In this document: piece after piece, positions 20,607 to 30,199 of the stretch
Numbering within the stretch: position 1 is the first letter of the stretch
Layout: every line of letters starts with the position of its first letter
Virus record (IMG/VR): IMGVR_UViG_2061766007_001878
From: an uncultured virus (IMG/VR IMGVR_UViG_2061766007_001878)
Taxonomy: Duplodnaviria; Heunggongvirae; Uroviricota; Caudoviricetes
Strand: one strand, 5' to 3'
DNA: 64,000 bases
Program-made: the position numbers and the translations under genes
The notes under the pieces: generated by a model
What the model was told of the DNA's origin: nothing
The model's input: the letters and a program-made list of their open reading frames with translations, nothing else
Database searches by the model: none

Positions 20607-21470
20607 ATGGGCGACTGGAATGAAATTGATTTTGTGACACGGGTTCCTCTTATGGAAGGGGAGGAGGCTGTGGTACTGTGTGGGAAAGTTATCGAGCATG
20701 AGGCATGCGATATTCCCACTAATCCTCCAACGCATGTTGATGCGAGATTTCACAATTCCCTTACGAGCGGGGAGTGCGGGTTCTTTTGCCCAGACAAGCA
20801 AAAGGACTGCGTGAGGATATACTACGGGGAATACGATGGCTACGGACGACTCAAGGGCGTTGATATTGACTGGGACGACGATGATTGGGAACTTGCGTTC
20901 ATGAGGAAGGACACGCTTCTTTTCGCGCAGAAGGAATATGCGAAGGAGATGAAAAAGAAAGAGAACAGTTATGAGCGCGAATGCGCAAGGAAAGACATGG
21001 AGACTGGACTTGAACGCGCCAATAAGATAAGGGGCAACAATGCCGAGCTTGCGGGTATTTTCGAACGCAACGGTTGGGAGGCATGCATTTGGGCGAACAC
21101 GCAACGCGCCTACGATTTGTTCCCAGATGACAGCTATGACAAAATCATGCCGAAAATCACCGATATATATCTGTACGGGGAAATGTCGCCGATAAGATAT
21201 ATGGATGACTTCGAGGATAATGTGAAGAAGATTGGATTCTTTGTGGACAGGAATCCAGACCATGATGCATTCGAGCGGTATGCGAAAGACTGGAAGGAAG
21301 TCATCACGCCGTTGGTGTGGTTTCTAAGTCACAACTTCATTATTCCTTATAGAATAAAAGGAGCGCAGGCTTACAAATTCGACGTGCAGAAGCGGTTGAC
21401 GAGCTTTGCGAGGAAGGAATTCGGAATCGCTGAGGAAGCGGAGAAGGTTGCTTTCAAGAAAAACAGGTGA
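20607..21470 (+). CDS. Hypothetical protein, paralog of 21467..22270
   Basis: Shared DxxTRxPxxEGE, VRxYxGxYDxYG and FExYAxxW motifs; sigma70-like promoter near 20536-20566. Confidence 0.8.
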   Translation: MGDWNEIDFVTRVPLMEGEEAVVLCGKVIEHEACDIPTNPPTHVDARFHNSLTSGECGFFCPDKQKDCVRIYYGEYDGYGRLKGVDIDWDDDDWELAFMRKDTLLFAQKEYAKEMKKKENSYERECARKDMETGLERANKIRGNNAELAGIFERNGWEACIWANTQRAYDLFPDDSYDKIMPKITDIYLYGEMSPIRYMDDFEDNVKKIGFFVDRNPDHDAFERYAKDWKEVITPLVWFLSHNFIIPYRIKGAQAYKFDVQKRLTSFARKEFGIAEEAEKVAFKKNR

Positions 21471-22270
21471 TTGAAATGGGTGAATTCCAAATATACGATT
21501 GCATGACACGTCTTCCTATCTACGAAGGCGAAAAGGTGCTTGCCATTTATGCAAAATCGCCGAAGGTGAAAGAAGGATGGGCTTTCAACCCGCTGTTCGG
21601 TCGTTTTGAGCCACGTCCATACCACTGTGTTCGTTTCTATAAGGGTACATATGATAATTATGGAAGTTTAAAAGAATTCGACGACAGTACAAAGAACAAG
21701 ATATTGGACGACGGCGAAGTTGTTTTTATGCATGAAGACACGCTTGAATATGTGCAGAATGAGTCCAAGGAGCATCCTAATGTAATGCAACAATATTATA
21801 TTGAGGAGATGAATGAAGGCATCAATGAAGATAAACTTGAAGACCATTACGTTTTTTGGGATGAATTGAAAAGCGATTACAAGAAAATCATAAAGAAATA
21901 CGGGATTTATGCCTTTGACTGGGCGATTGGTCAATACGCCAGCGATGAAGCCGACATAAAAGACCAAAATATGTCGGACAATGCATTCATGGATTTCTTT
22001 AATGACTTTGAATCATCCATCAAGGAAGGAACGAGAAAAGAACCGATAAACATGAAAAGATTTGAGCAGTATGCAAGCGAATGGGGCAATTATGTCTATC
22101 CAATCATGCACTTCTGCATCAACAACCATATCATGCTTGATGCGGTGAATTCATTTGACGGTCATCAGATGAAGGGTAATTATGAAATCGACGCGAATCT
22201 TCGGTTTTCGGAATTCATGTTGAAACAGGCAAAGGAAATAAAAAAGAGGCATTGGAATCATGAGGAATGA
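21467..22270 (+). CDS. Hypothetical protein, paralog of 20607..21470
   Basis: Same shared motifs. Confidence 0.8.
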   Translation: MIEMGEFQIYDCMTRLPIYEGEKVLAIYAKSPKVKEGWAFNPLFGRFEPRPYHCVRFYKGTYDNYGSLKEFDDSTKNKILDDGEVVFMHEDTLEYVQNESKEHPNVMQQYYIEEMNEGINEDKLEDHYVFWDELKSDYKKIIKKYGIYAFDWAIGQYASDEADIKDQNMSDNAFMDFFNDFESSIKEGTRKEPINMKRFEQYASEWGNYVYPIMHFCINNHIMLDAVNSFDGHQMKGNYEIDANLRFSEFMLKQAKEIKKRHWNHEE

Positions 22271-22469
22271 AATTGTGGAATTCATCATTTTCATATACAT
22301 GTGCGGGATGACATGTTGGCTTGTGCATTTTTCGATGAAATGGTTGCAGGAGATGTCGAAGATGTGGATGAATATGTCTAATAAAGTGATTGACATCATT
22401 GCTTTTATTATTTTCATCCTGCTTTCGTTTGTTCCGATGGCATTGTATGTGTTCTGTGAAATGAAGTAA
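22260..22469 (+). CDS. Small protein with two predicted transmembrane segments
   Basis: Two hydrophobic stretches; operon position. Confidence 0.6.
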   Translation: MRNEIVEFIIFIYMCGMTCWLVHFSMKWLQEMSKMWMNMSNKVIDIIAFIIFILLSFVPMALYVFCEMK

Positions 22470-22485
22470 AAGGATGGTGATTTGA

Positions 22486-23127
22486 ATGTCAAAGTCATAT
22501 GAACAAGGGGAATTCGATTTTGTCCTCGATGATGAAGGGAAATTCATCCTATGGATAAAGAAAAAATACGAACGGTTCTCAACATATGGATGTACTCTCA
22601 GTGGAATGAGTGAGAAGATATTGCAACTTTACAGATACAATGAACTTTGTGATTTGCTTGACACGTTCGATTTTTTGAGAAAAAAGATATTGAAGGACAA
22701 TGTGCAATATTTGTCTTATAAGAAGGAGACTTGCAAATATCTTGGATTGAGTCTTGTGAAAAGCGGTTATGGTAGCGGATGCGTAGGCGTTGATTCCTTG
22801 GTTGATTGGTGTTATGGAAAATGGGAATACGCACGCGAGCAAGTCCCGTGGTTTGATGAGGAATTGCTAAGTTACACTGTGTCTATCGAGCATTGGACGG
22901 AAAATGAAATCAACAGAGCTTTTGACAAAGCCAGAAAAATACTTGAAAAAAGAAGACAAAAGAGATTGCAGGAAGTAAAGGATGCCTGTGATTTTGTCGA
23001 AGAAACATCTAAGGCATGGGGATATTCTTCATTTAAGAATCCTTTCAAAGTACAGGAAAAAGAAATCAAGCCACAAGAAAAGAATAAGTCTGGATTTTTT
23101 GAATTCCTGTCGAATCTATTTCGTTGA
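22486..23127 (+). CDS. Hypothetical protein
   Basis: 213-aa ORF followed by a terminator. Confidence 0.75.
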   Translation: MSKSYEQGEFDFVLDDEGKFILWIKKKYERFSTYGCTLSGMSEKILQLYRYNELCDLLDTFDFLRKKILKDNVQYLSYKKETCKYLGLSLVKSGYGSGCVGVDSLVDWCYGKWEYAREQVPWFDEELLSYTVSIEHWTENEINRAFDKARKILEKRRQKRLQEVKDACDFVEETSKAWGYSSFKNPFKVQEKEIKPQEKNKSGFFEFLSNLFR

Positions 23128-23148
23128 AATCATCCTTGTTTCATACAG

Positions 23149-23178
23149 AGCCAGTGGGCAATTGCCCACTGGCTTTTT
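23149..23178 (+). terminator. Intrinsic terminator
   Basis: Palindrome AGCCAGTGGGCAATTGCCCACTGGCT plus T-tract. Confidence 0.85.
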
Positions 23179-23201
23179 GTTTTGTAAAAGCTGACATTTT
23201 G

Positions 23202-23222
23202 CTTATATTCATGAGGTATAAT
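23202..23222 (+). promoter_or_regulatory. Putative late promoter motif
   Basis: CTTAT-N9-GTATAAT at the head of the 23253-27633 operon. Confidence 0.6.
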
Positions 23223-23252
23223 GTGTAAAATGTTTTTAACGGAGAATTCTCA

Positions 23253-24416
23253 ATGAACGATGATTTTACAAAGATAGCATCCAAGGTGTTTCTTGCGTTT
23301 ACATGCAGGAAGTACGTGATGGAAGATGGATTCGACTACGACGGAGCTGACAGAGGACTTGTGTTGTTCAACTACAACTACTATCCTATCATCTGGGCTT
23401 ATCCGAAGGAAGAACGTATCTATATCATCTTCACTTACAAGGCAGATGATGCCTTCAATGAATTTTTGTCTTTGAGACGTTCCAATTCTCCTCAACTAGG
23501 CGACATAGGCAAGGAGATAAAGGACTGGATGGACGAGCATCCACGCGGGGTGATTTGCAAGAATTTCAGAATCATGCTTTGGAATTCCATCCATAAGGAG
23601 AAAATGACCAAGTTCAAGAATGCGGATTTCCTTATCAGCACGCATACAACGTTGTCAGTCGAAGAAGCGCAGAAATTCTTCACGGAGAAATATGACATCA
23701 GCATGACGGATTTCTACAGGGCATTTGGTGGTGAAGTCTCCGAGGACAGGAAGTTTTCCTGCGAGGGTATGAATTTCGAGGTGAATGATTCGTCTTTAAC
23801 AAAAGAGACGGTTGAAGCCAAGATGCGTGAAGTCAAATCCAAGTTGCCTGACAGTCTTGCGAGCAAACTCATCTACGGGAAAGTCGAGTTGAAGAGTAAA
23901 TTCGCGGACAATGCCATTGCGGATTATCATGCAACGAATGATTTGATACGAATTGACGCGGGCGATGAATTTGTCAGTTCCATGATTCACGAACTTGGTC
24001 ACAGATGGCATTACAAGTTCTGCACAAGGTTGCAACAGAGGAAGATTGAGAAATTATACAAGTTGTGCAAGGACGATAAAAGCGATGCCATCGGCGAACT
24101 GGAATACGGGGATGTGGTGGAATTGTATGGAAAATATAAATATTGCATTGTTGATTCAAATGATTTCCACTATCGTTGCTATAGTATTGACGAGGAAAAT
24201 CCTCCGACAAGGACAATTCCAAAGAATTTTTTTCATACGAAGACTGTTACGTCCGTGAACGGAAAACCTGTTGACCATAAATATATGTTGCCTCGTCCGT
24301 ATGCAGGGAAGAACATACGTGAATTCGTGGCGGTATGCTTTGAGCATTTGTACTATGGAAAAAGCATAAGCAGTAAACTTGCTGAAGAAATGAAGGAGAT
24401 ATTTGAAAATGGATAA
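23253..24416 (+). CDS. Leader-bearing zincin-like metallopeptidase
   Basis: MIHELGHRWH (HExxH) and downstream YAGKNIREFVA (third-ligand Glu motif); N-terminal DFTKIASKVFLA. Confidence 0.65.
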   Translation: MNDDFTKIASKVFLAFTCRKYVMEDGFDYDGADRGLVLFNYNYYPIIWAYPKEERIYIIFTYKADDAFNEFLSLRRSNSPQLGDIGKEIKDWMDEHPRGVICKNFRIMLWNSIHKEKMTKFKNADFLISTHTTLSVEEAQKFFTEKYDISMTDFYRAFGGEVSEDRKFSCEGMNFEVNDSSLTKETVEAKMREVKSKLPDSLASKLIYGKVELKSKFADNAIADYHATNDLIRIDAGDEFVSSMIHELGHRWHYKFCTRLQQRKIEKLYKLCKDDKSDAIGELEYGDVVELYGKYKYCIVDSNDFHYRCYSIDEENPPTRTIPKNFFHTKTVTSVNGKPVDHKYMLPRPYAGKNIREFVAVCFEHLYYGKSISSKLAEEMKEIFENG

Positions 24417-25143
24417 AATCGAAAAAGTTGCGAAGAAGGTGATTGCCCTCGACCCAGAGCTTGAAGGGCATCACTACAATATGGACAGTGAAAATCCAGC
24501 GGTGTACGTCGGCACATATGGAAAGTACGCTGGTGGTTCCATCGACGGGATGTGGGTGGACTTGACTACATTTGACAGTTATGATGAATTCTATGAATGG
24601 TGCTCGAAGGTATTGCACAAGGATGAAGCTGAACCAGAACTGATGTTTCAGGACTATGAGAATTTCCCAGAAACGTATTACGGCGAATCTGGTCTGAAAC
24701 CAGAGCTTTGGGATTACATAAAAGCTCTTGACGAGTGTGACAAGGATGTAATAGATGCCATTCTCGACGAAGGTTATACGCTTGAAGACGCGAAGAATGC
24801 AATCGTTTATCCAGACTGCGATGACATGTCGGATGTCGCCTATGCGATGGTCGATGAATGCGGTGAGGATGCTTTTTCCAAAAACGCATGGGAGACGGCG
24901 TTTGACTATGAGAGATTCGGTCGTGAATACCAGTGGGATTTGGATGCGGACGACCGTGAGCAGTATGATGGAATGTCAGACCTTGAAGTTGGCGAGCAGG
25001 TTGTCGAGGAATTCGGCGGTCTTGAGGAACTAAGTGATGAGACAATCAAGGAATATGCCAATTTCAAGACTCTTGGCGACTGGCTTGAATCTGGTGGCGA
25101 ATGGGTCAAATACGATGGCGGTTATGCCGAGATTATACAATAG
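24409..25143 (+). CDS. ardA: ArdA antirestriction protein with an N-terminal leader
   Basis: PAVYVGTYGKYAGGSIDGMWVDL, EPELMFQDYENFP and FDYERFGRE; highly acidic; AAGGAG RBS; leader MDKIEKVAKKVIA. Confidence 0.9.
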   Translation: MDKIEKVAKKVIALDPELEGHHYNMDSENPAVYVGTYGKYAGGSIDGMWVDLTTFDSYDEFYEWCSKVLHKDEAEPELMFQDYENFPETYYGESGLKPELWDYIKALDECDKDVIDAILDEGYTLEDAKNAIVYPDCDDMSDVAYAMVDECGEDAFSKNAWETAFDYERFGREYQWDLDADDREQYDGMSDLEVGEQVVEEFGGLEELSDETIKEYANFKTLGDWLESGGEWVKYDGGYAEIIQ

Positions 25144-25153
25144 GGAATGACAT

Positions 25154-25441
25154 ATGAACAGCAGGATGCGAATCGCATTGGAACTTGTGAGGATTGCTGC
25201 CGACCTTTCCCCAGATGAAATGCTGGAGGAAATCGACGGCATGACAATTCCGCAGTTGATGAATACGATACGCAAGAATACAAGCAACTACCAGTCTTTG
25301 TCGCCGACATTGAAAATGGAGAAGTTCAAGAACAAAGTGGATTTGTCGAAACCAGTGAAACGAATGACCATCAAGGAGCTGTTCAGATTGTTGGCGAAGA
25401 TAGGAATCAAAACTGATGCTGAAGAAGCCGAGGAGCAATAA
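25154..25441 (+). CDS. Small leader-bearing protein
   Basis: MNSRMRIALELVRIAADL; internal repeat MTIPQL / MTIKEL. Confidence 0.75.
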   Translation: MNSRMRIALELVRIAADLSPDEMLEEIDGMTIPQLMNTIRKNTSNYQSLSPTLKMEKFKNKVDLSKPVKRMTIKELFRLLAKIGIKTDAEEAEEQ

Positions 25442-25442
25442 T

Positions 25443-26210
25443 ATGGACAAGATTGCAAGAATATCAATGAGAATCGCTGGATTTGAGCTGGATGGACGCT
25501 TGTTCACCCAGCGCACGGCGAGGAATGCTGCGGATTTTCTTTCGAAGACTCTTTCCAAGTACACGCATGATGTGTACAACAACGAGGACAAGAAATACAA
25601 GGAACTCTACAATGCGAAGAATGAATTGTTCCAGTATGGCATGAATCTCGAATCCAAGGAAGAACATACGGACGTGTCCGACAATGGCTCGTGGAAGGAC
25701 TTGTATCATTTCTCGTTCAGAAACTTTGAAGGAAAGGAATTCACGATATGCGTGGAATTCAATGTCATGCTGGCTGGTACGACGACCGACCATGAACTGA
25801 GCTATGATTTCACGGTTCAGGCTTGGGACGAAAACAAGGAGACGCAGTACGATGCTCCTGCAATCAATCATGAAATCGCGTCGATGTCACGACCAAAGGC
25901 GTGCAAGGCAATTCAGAGGATGGTTGACAAATACACGCATGACGTGTACGACAACAAGGATTATCGGTTTACTGTGTTGCAGAGGGCGCATCAAATCGTT
26001 GATTCCATAGGCATGGAAAGTCTTGATTGCGACAGGAAGGATTTTCGCAATGATTACGGAGATGTGACTGGATACACGGAGGTCGATACATACAGATATT
26101 TGGATGCCAATTTGAAGGAAGTAAAACTCAGTGTGCGATGGAGCGTATATTACGCTGGTTCAATCGGAGACATCAAGAACAGGTATGATTTCACGGTGGA
26201 TGTTTATTAA
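25443..26210 (+). CDS. Leader-bearing protein with a duplicated domain
   Basis: MDKIARISMRIA; KYTHDVY and YDFTV each occur twice. Confidence 0.8.
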   Translation: MDKIARISMRIAGFELDGRLFTQRTARNAADFLSKTLSKYTHDVYNNEDKKYKELYNAKNELFQYGMNLESKEEHTDVSDNGSWKDLYHFSFRNFEGKEFTICVEFNVMLAGTTTDHELSYDFTVQAWDENKETQYDAPAINHEIASMSRPKACKAIQRMVDKYTHDVYDNKDYRFTVLQRAHQIVDSIGMESLDCDRKDFRNDYGDVTGYTEVDTYRYLDANLKEVKLSVRWSVYYAGSIGDIKNRYDFTVDVY

Positions 26211-27118
26211 TGAACAGCTCAAGACACAAAATAGCAGAGGAATTGGTCAGGATTGCCAAGGAGCTTGTCGCATGGCGCGACAAATCCACACAGCCTGTGA
26301 GACGGGAGAAGTCACGTCTTGACAGACAGGTGGACGAAGGCATTGGCGAGTATTTTGACGACGGCGATGATGAAGAGCTTGACTTGTCCCAGTTCATGCG
26401 AATCAGGAATGTCTATGACGAGGACGAAGCCGAGACGATACAATATCAATATGAGCAGGCGATGAGCCGTGACCATGACTATCTGGGAAATGTCTATGGA
26501 TGGTCGCTCAATCCGACGACTCAGATAATCGAATCCGAAGACGGCGATTATGTGGTCGGGTTCAGATGCGGTAACGCATTCATCCTGAGCCATTTCGCCC
26601 CTAGGACTCTTTCCAGCGGGATGAGGTTTGTCTCCGCATTGGCGAATTGGGAGCAGAGTGTCATCGCAGCGGTGCTACCAAAGCAGGCTGGGATGCTTGA
26701 GCGTCTTGGTTTCAAGAATGTCGGGACGGTACCGCAGTGGTTCAACGGCGAAACGGTCATGAAGACTGTGATGGTCAACGGGGCGACGACGGAGGCGGTT
26801 CTCAATTATGTCCTTTCACAAGGGACTGGAAAATCCATCGTCGTGATATATCTCGGCACGCCAGAGATGTATTCGGCGGAGGAAATCGCCAATGAAATCA
26901 AGAATGACAGCAAGATGCAGGATGAATTCCTCAACTTCGTGCAGAACTACAAGGACTACCGTTCGTTTGTGCCGATGGTCAGGGTGTTGCATGTGTTGGA
27001 TTATTTGACTAAAACCATGAAGGGGACGGATTTTCTTAAAAATTGCGTCGATGCGATGGACAAGTTATTTTCATCGAATTTCCAATGGAAGAAATTCAAG
27101 AGCAGGCATTTGCTTTAA
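26210..27118 (+). CDS. Leader-bearing protein with a possible GNAT-like domain
   Basis: HKIAEELVRIAKELVA; AGMLERLGFKNVG resembles the C-terminal GNAT motif. Function is tentative. Confidence 0.55.
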   Translation: MNSSRHKIAEELVRIAKELVAWRDKSTQPVRREKSRLDRQVDEGIGEYFDDGDDEELDLSQFMRIRNVYDEDEAETIQYQYEQAMSRDHDYLGNVYGWSLNPTTQIIESEDGDYVVGFRCGNAFILSHFAPRTLSSGMRFVSALANWEQSVIAAVLPKQAGMLERLGFKNVGTVPQWFNGETVMKTVMVNGATTEAVLNYVLSQGTGKSIVVIYLGTPEMYSAEEIANEIKNDSKMQDEFLNFVQNYKDYRSFVPMVRVLHVLDYLTKTMKGTDFLKNCVDAMDKLFSSNFQWKKFKSRHLL

Positions 27119-27132
27119 AGGGAGGATGAGAC

Positions 27133-27633
27133 ATGCCAGATGAATTCAATGAAGAGTCAGGTCAGGCTTACTACGCGGGAAGCACGGAGGATGTCATACG
27201 TTTCTGCAAGGCATTGAATATTGACGAGGGCAGGTTGTCCGCCGTAAAGCCGATGAACATCGTCAGCTACATGAAAACCGCTGAAGACATTATCAACGGC
27301 ATGCTGGGCGAGAGCTACTTCCTGCCAATCAAGCCATACAATCAGGTTGATGTCAATGGAATACCTCATCTCGTATTTCCAGGGAGACTTCGCTATCTTG
27401 CACAGCAGATGACTGCGGGATTGCTGATGCTGACCGAATTCCAGCATCAGGAGCAGAACATGAACGAGGCTGGGGCTAAGCTGTTTGAAGAGGCGAAGAA
27501 GGAAGTGTATCAACTCACTTTATGGAATCACCGCATTCCAGGAGCGAGATGGCGGTCCAGAGAGAGTCACTTCATGCCTCCGAGGGTCGAGCCACCGCAT
27601 CCTCCAATCGAGCAGATTTGGAGCTTGAACTGA
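27133..27633 (+). CDS. Putative head-tail adaptor (Mu gp36/DUF1320-like)
   Basis: Y..S.EDV...AEDIINGMLGESYFLP...P..LR.....TAG pattern; GGAGG RBS. Confidence 0.55.
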   Translation: MPDEFNEESGQAYYAGSTEDVIRFCKALNIDEGRLSAVKPMNIVSYMKTAEDIINGMLGESYFLPIKPYNQVDVNGIPHLVFPGRLRYLAQQMTAGLLMLTEFQHQEQNMNEAGAKLFEEAKKEVYQLTLWNHRIPGARWRSRESHFMPPRVEPPHPPIEQIWSLN

Positions 27634-27653
27634 TGGTTCATGAATAAAATTGC

Positions 27654-27686
27654 AATGCCGAACAGGTAAAACTGTTCGGCATTTTT
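27654..27686 (+). terminator. Intrinsic terminator
   Basis: AATGCCGAACAG/CTGTTCGGCATT followed by Ts. Confidence 0.85.
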
Positions 27687-27694
27687 ATTTTTCG

Positions 27695-27713
27695 CTTATG
27701 TTATGCGTATAAT
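27695..27713 (+). promoter_or_regulatory. Putative late promoter motif
   Basis: CTTAT-GTTATGC-GTATAAT. Confidence 0.65.
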
Positions 27714-27747
27714 AAAATGCTTGTTTTATTGATTGTGAGAGAAAGAT

Positions 27748-28113
27748 ATGGAAAATGAAAGACTGACTAGAATTGCAAAGAGCATCGTCGGAAGAAGCCA
27801 AATGGTGAAGACATGTGTTGTCCACGACGAAGGGCTTTGCGATTTGCACATAGAGGAATCCGTGTTCGCTCAGGATGAATACACGTATCAGAATCTGATG
27901 GACGATATTGAAGGATTTTTGTATGATGTGGACAGGGAGCTTGGATATTTGACTGCGCTTGATAAGGAAGTGGTCACGTGTGACAAAAACAAAATACATG
28001 TCTGTACTGGAAGCGATGCAGACCTCATGTGTTTTTCGTATGATTGCTCTATCTATATGAGCGATGAAGGCATGGAAAGAATACGTAACAGCGAATGGAG
28101 AATCAAGGAGTAA
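27748..28113 (+). CDS. Leader-bearing hypothetical protein
   Basis: MENERLTRIAKSIVG. Confidence 0.75.
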   Translation: MENERLTRIAKSIVGRSQMVKTCVVHDEGLCDLHIEESVFAQDEYTYQNLMDDIEGFLYDVDRELGYLTALDKEVVTCDKNKIHVCTGSDADLMCFSYDCSIYMSDEGMERIRNSEWRIKE

Positions 28114-28119
28114 ATGAAA

Positions 28120-28461
28120 ATGGATAAAGAGAAAATTGAGAAAATCGCAAAGACATTGGTGGCTGACAATGGTCTTATTGGAGTTGTACAAGATGTCGGT
28201 TATCAGAAGGGGTATCTTCTGTATTGTGAACAGTATCTTGGAAAGTCCGAACAGGTTGACGGTATGGCTGTCGCCATTGAAGATGAATTCATCCAGAAAT
28301 ACAATGCGTATTCATTCCCAGAAGGGGCATTGTTCAAGTGCCTTGTGAAACAGAGAGGTGAAGTCAGCATTGGATTTGAATTCCAGGAAGTGACTTCTGA
28401 TGAAATTGACGCTCTTGTATTGAAACACCATATTACGCTCAGATGCGACGACAGACCATAA
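28120..28461 (+). CDS. Leader-bearing hypothetical protein
   Basis: AAGGAG RBS; MDKEKIEKIAKTLVA. Confidence 0.8.
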   Translation: MDKEKIEKIAKTLVADNGLIGVVQDVGYQKGYLLYCEQYLGKSEQVDGMAVAIEDEFIQKYNAYSFPEGALFKCLVKQRGEVSIGFEFQEVTSDEIDALVLKHHITLRCDDRP

Positions 28462-28487
28462 TCAAGCAAATAAAAGAGGAAAAAACA

Positions 28488-29183
28488 ATGTCGATTAACG
28501 CATGCATATATGATTCAGACCACATCCTTTCTGGATGCATCACGGATTCCGTCATCGAGCACTTCAAGATGGAATTCGAGGATTTGACGAAAAAGTATTT
28601 CGGAACTGCGCTCGACCCGTTGCTCGCCGTCATGGAGAAGGCGTTGATTAAGTCCGAGGATGGGACGACGGCTGACTTCCTGAATTGCCTGAAGCTCATC
28701 ACGAGGAAGTACGACTGCTATGCGCCAGCCGAATTCGTGCAGGAGGTAAGCCGTGCATATCATGCGCTTGTGACGTACTGTTGCTCGCAGGCGGTGTACG
28801 ACGAGGTGATGGACGCGACTCTCACGAAGTTCCGCGAGGCTGGTCTTGAATACATGAGTGGCAATTCCTACGGGAAGGAGCAGAACGACTGCATGTTCAA
28901 CTACAAGGGTATCCGAATTGCCGTCCGCATGCGCAACAGGCAGGATTTGTACCGTTTCTGGGAAAAGGATTCCGAAGTTGACAATTGCGCCACGGTTTAC
29001 ATCAAGGACAACGAATACGTCATTGCCGTGAACGGAGGCGTGACGGATTTGGCGAATGAGATTGTCGAATGCATCGACACGGAGACGGCACCAGTGGAAG
29101 AAGAAGTCGTCATTGAAAGTGATGAGGATGTCCTGAACGAAATCATCGCCGTGATTGGGCAGTTGCTGAACCTTGGGGAGTAA
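28488..29183 (+). CDS. Hypothetical protein
   Basis: GAGG RBS before ATG 28488. Confidence 0.75.
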   Translation: MSINACIYDSDHILSGCITDSVIEHFKMEFEDLTKKYFGTALDPLLAVMEKALIKSEDGTTADFLNCLKLITRKYDCYAPAEFVQEVSRAYHALVTYCCSQAVYDEVMDATLTKFREAGLEYMSGNSYGKEQNDCMFNYKGIRIAVRMRNRQDLYRFWEKDSEVDNCATVYIKDNEYVIAVNGGVTDLANEIVECIDTETAPVEEEVVIESDEDVLNEIIAVIGQLLNLGE

Positions 29184-29188
29184 GAGAC

Positions 29189-29584
29189 ATGGCTGACGGA
29201 AAACCAGAGACATTCATTTTGAAGGCACCGATTGACTACGTGCAACAACGTGGGAATTTCATTGAATTCCTCGTGTCCATCGGGAAGGACGGGGATACTG
29301 GAGCGGAAATCTACGACGGAATCATCGATTTCCTTTCCCAGCCAGCGGAAACGTACATGAAGTACGATGTCATCCATAGCAGGATAAAGGCGTTCAGGGA
29401 CAAGCTCGGATGGATGGTCAGGCTGTACGTCGAGGATGACGGGAACAACGCCCTGTTCCGCATACAGGCTGTGCATCAGGATTTCTGCCTCCTGTTCTAC
29501 ACGGAATTTAAGTCGATATACGGGGATGTCGAGAAGATGCGCCTTGCCAGCATAGCGAAGAAAATCGCAATGGATTGTAATTAA
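29189..29584 (+). CDS. Hypothetical protein with a C-terminal leader-like motif
   Basis: GGGGAG RBS; ends MRLASIAKKIAMDCN. Confidence 0.75.
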   Translation: MADGKPETFILKAPIDYVQQRGNFIEFLVSIGKDGDTGAEIYDGIIDFLSQPAETYMKYDVIHSRIKAFRDKLGWMVRLYVEDDGNNALFRIQAVHQDFCLLFYTEFKSIYGDVEKMRLASIAKKIAMDCN

Positions 29585-30153
29585 TGTACATATCGCCGAT
29601 AAACATCATCAAAGGGCTTCATCTGGTCATAGAAGCCAACAGGGAGCAGATAGACACGGTAATCAAGCATTACCGTTCCAGCGACACCCTGCATATCTAC
29701 GACGGGCTTAGAAAGACGTTGCCAGAGTCGGCGTATCCGTCATTGGAATTGGAGCCGTCGTCGGCGAGCGTCGAATGGACGCATACCTCTGCCCAGACTG
29801 GAGAATATCAGATAGAATGCTACCTGACGTTGAAGAACAGCAACGAGGAATACGCTGCGGAGTACGTCAGCGAAGTGACCAGAAGTATCTTGAAGATACT
29901 CAACTACCCAGACAACATGAGCTTCATCATTCCGAACGAATTCTACGAGTCCGACGACCCAGACAATCCAGACAAGTACCCGATTCACTTGCAGTTCGGA
30001 AATGTGTCGAGCGTCACGTACCGCAATACGATTGACGGGGCAATCACGGTGGCTATGTTCACATGGTCTGGTCGCGTGCTGGAATACTTCGATTACCAAG
30101 GAGATGGTCCTCATACGATTACGTGGAAGAAGGACAGGCTTATCAACGATTGA
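29584..30153 (+). CDS. Putative tail terminator/completion protein
   Basis: Size, the YPSLELEP beta-rich pattern and position upstream of a tail-tube-like gene. Confidence 0.5.
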   Translation: MYISPINIIKGLHLVIEANREQIDTVIKHYRSSDTLHIYDGLRKTLPESAYPSLELEPSSASVEWTHTSAQTGEYQIECYLTLKNSNEEYAAEYVSEVTRSILKILNYPDNMSFIIPNEFYESDDPDNPDKYPIHLQFGNVSSVTYRNTIDGAITVAMFTWSGRVLEYFDYQGDGPHTITWKKDRLIND

Positions 30154-30199
30154 TGTGTTTTTGTTTATATGGATTTCCTTATATAAAGGAGTTTTTCAA

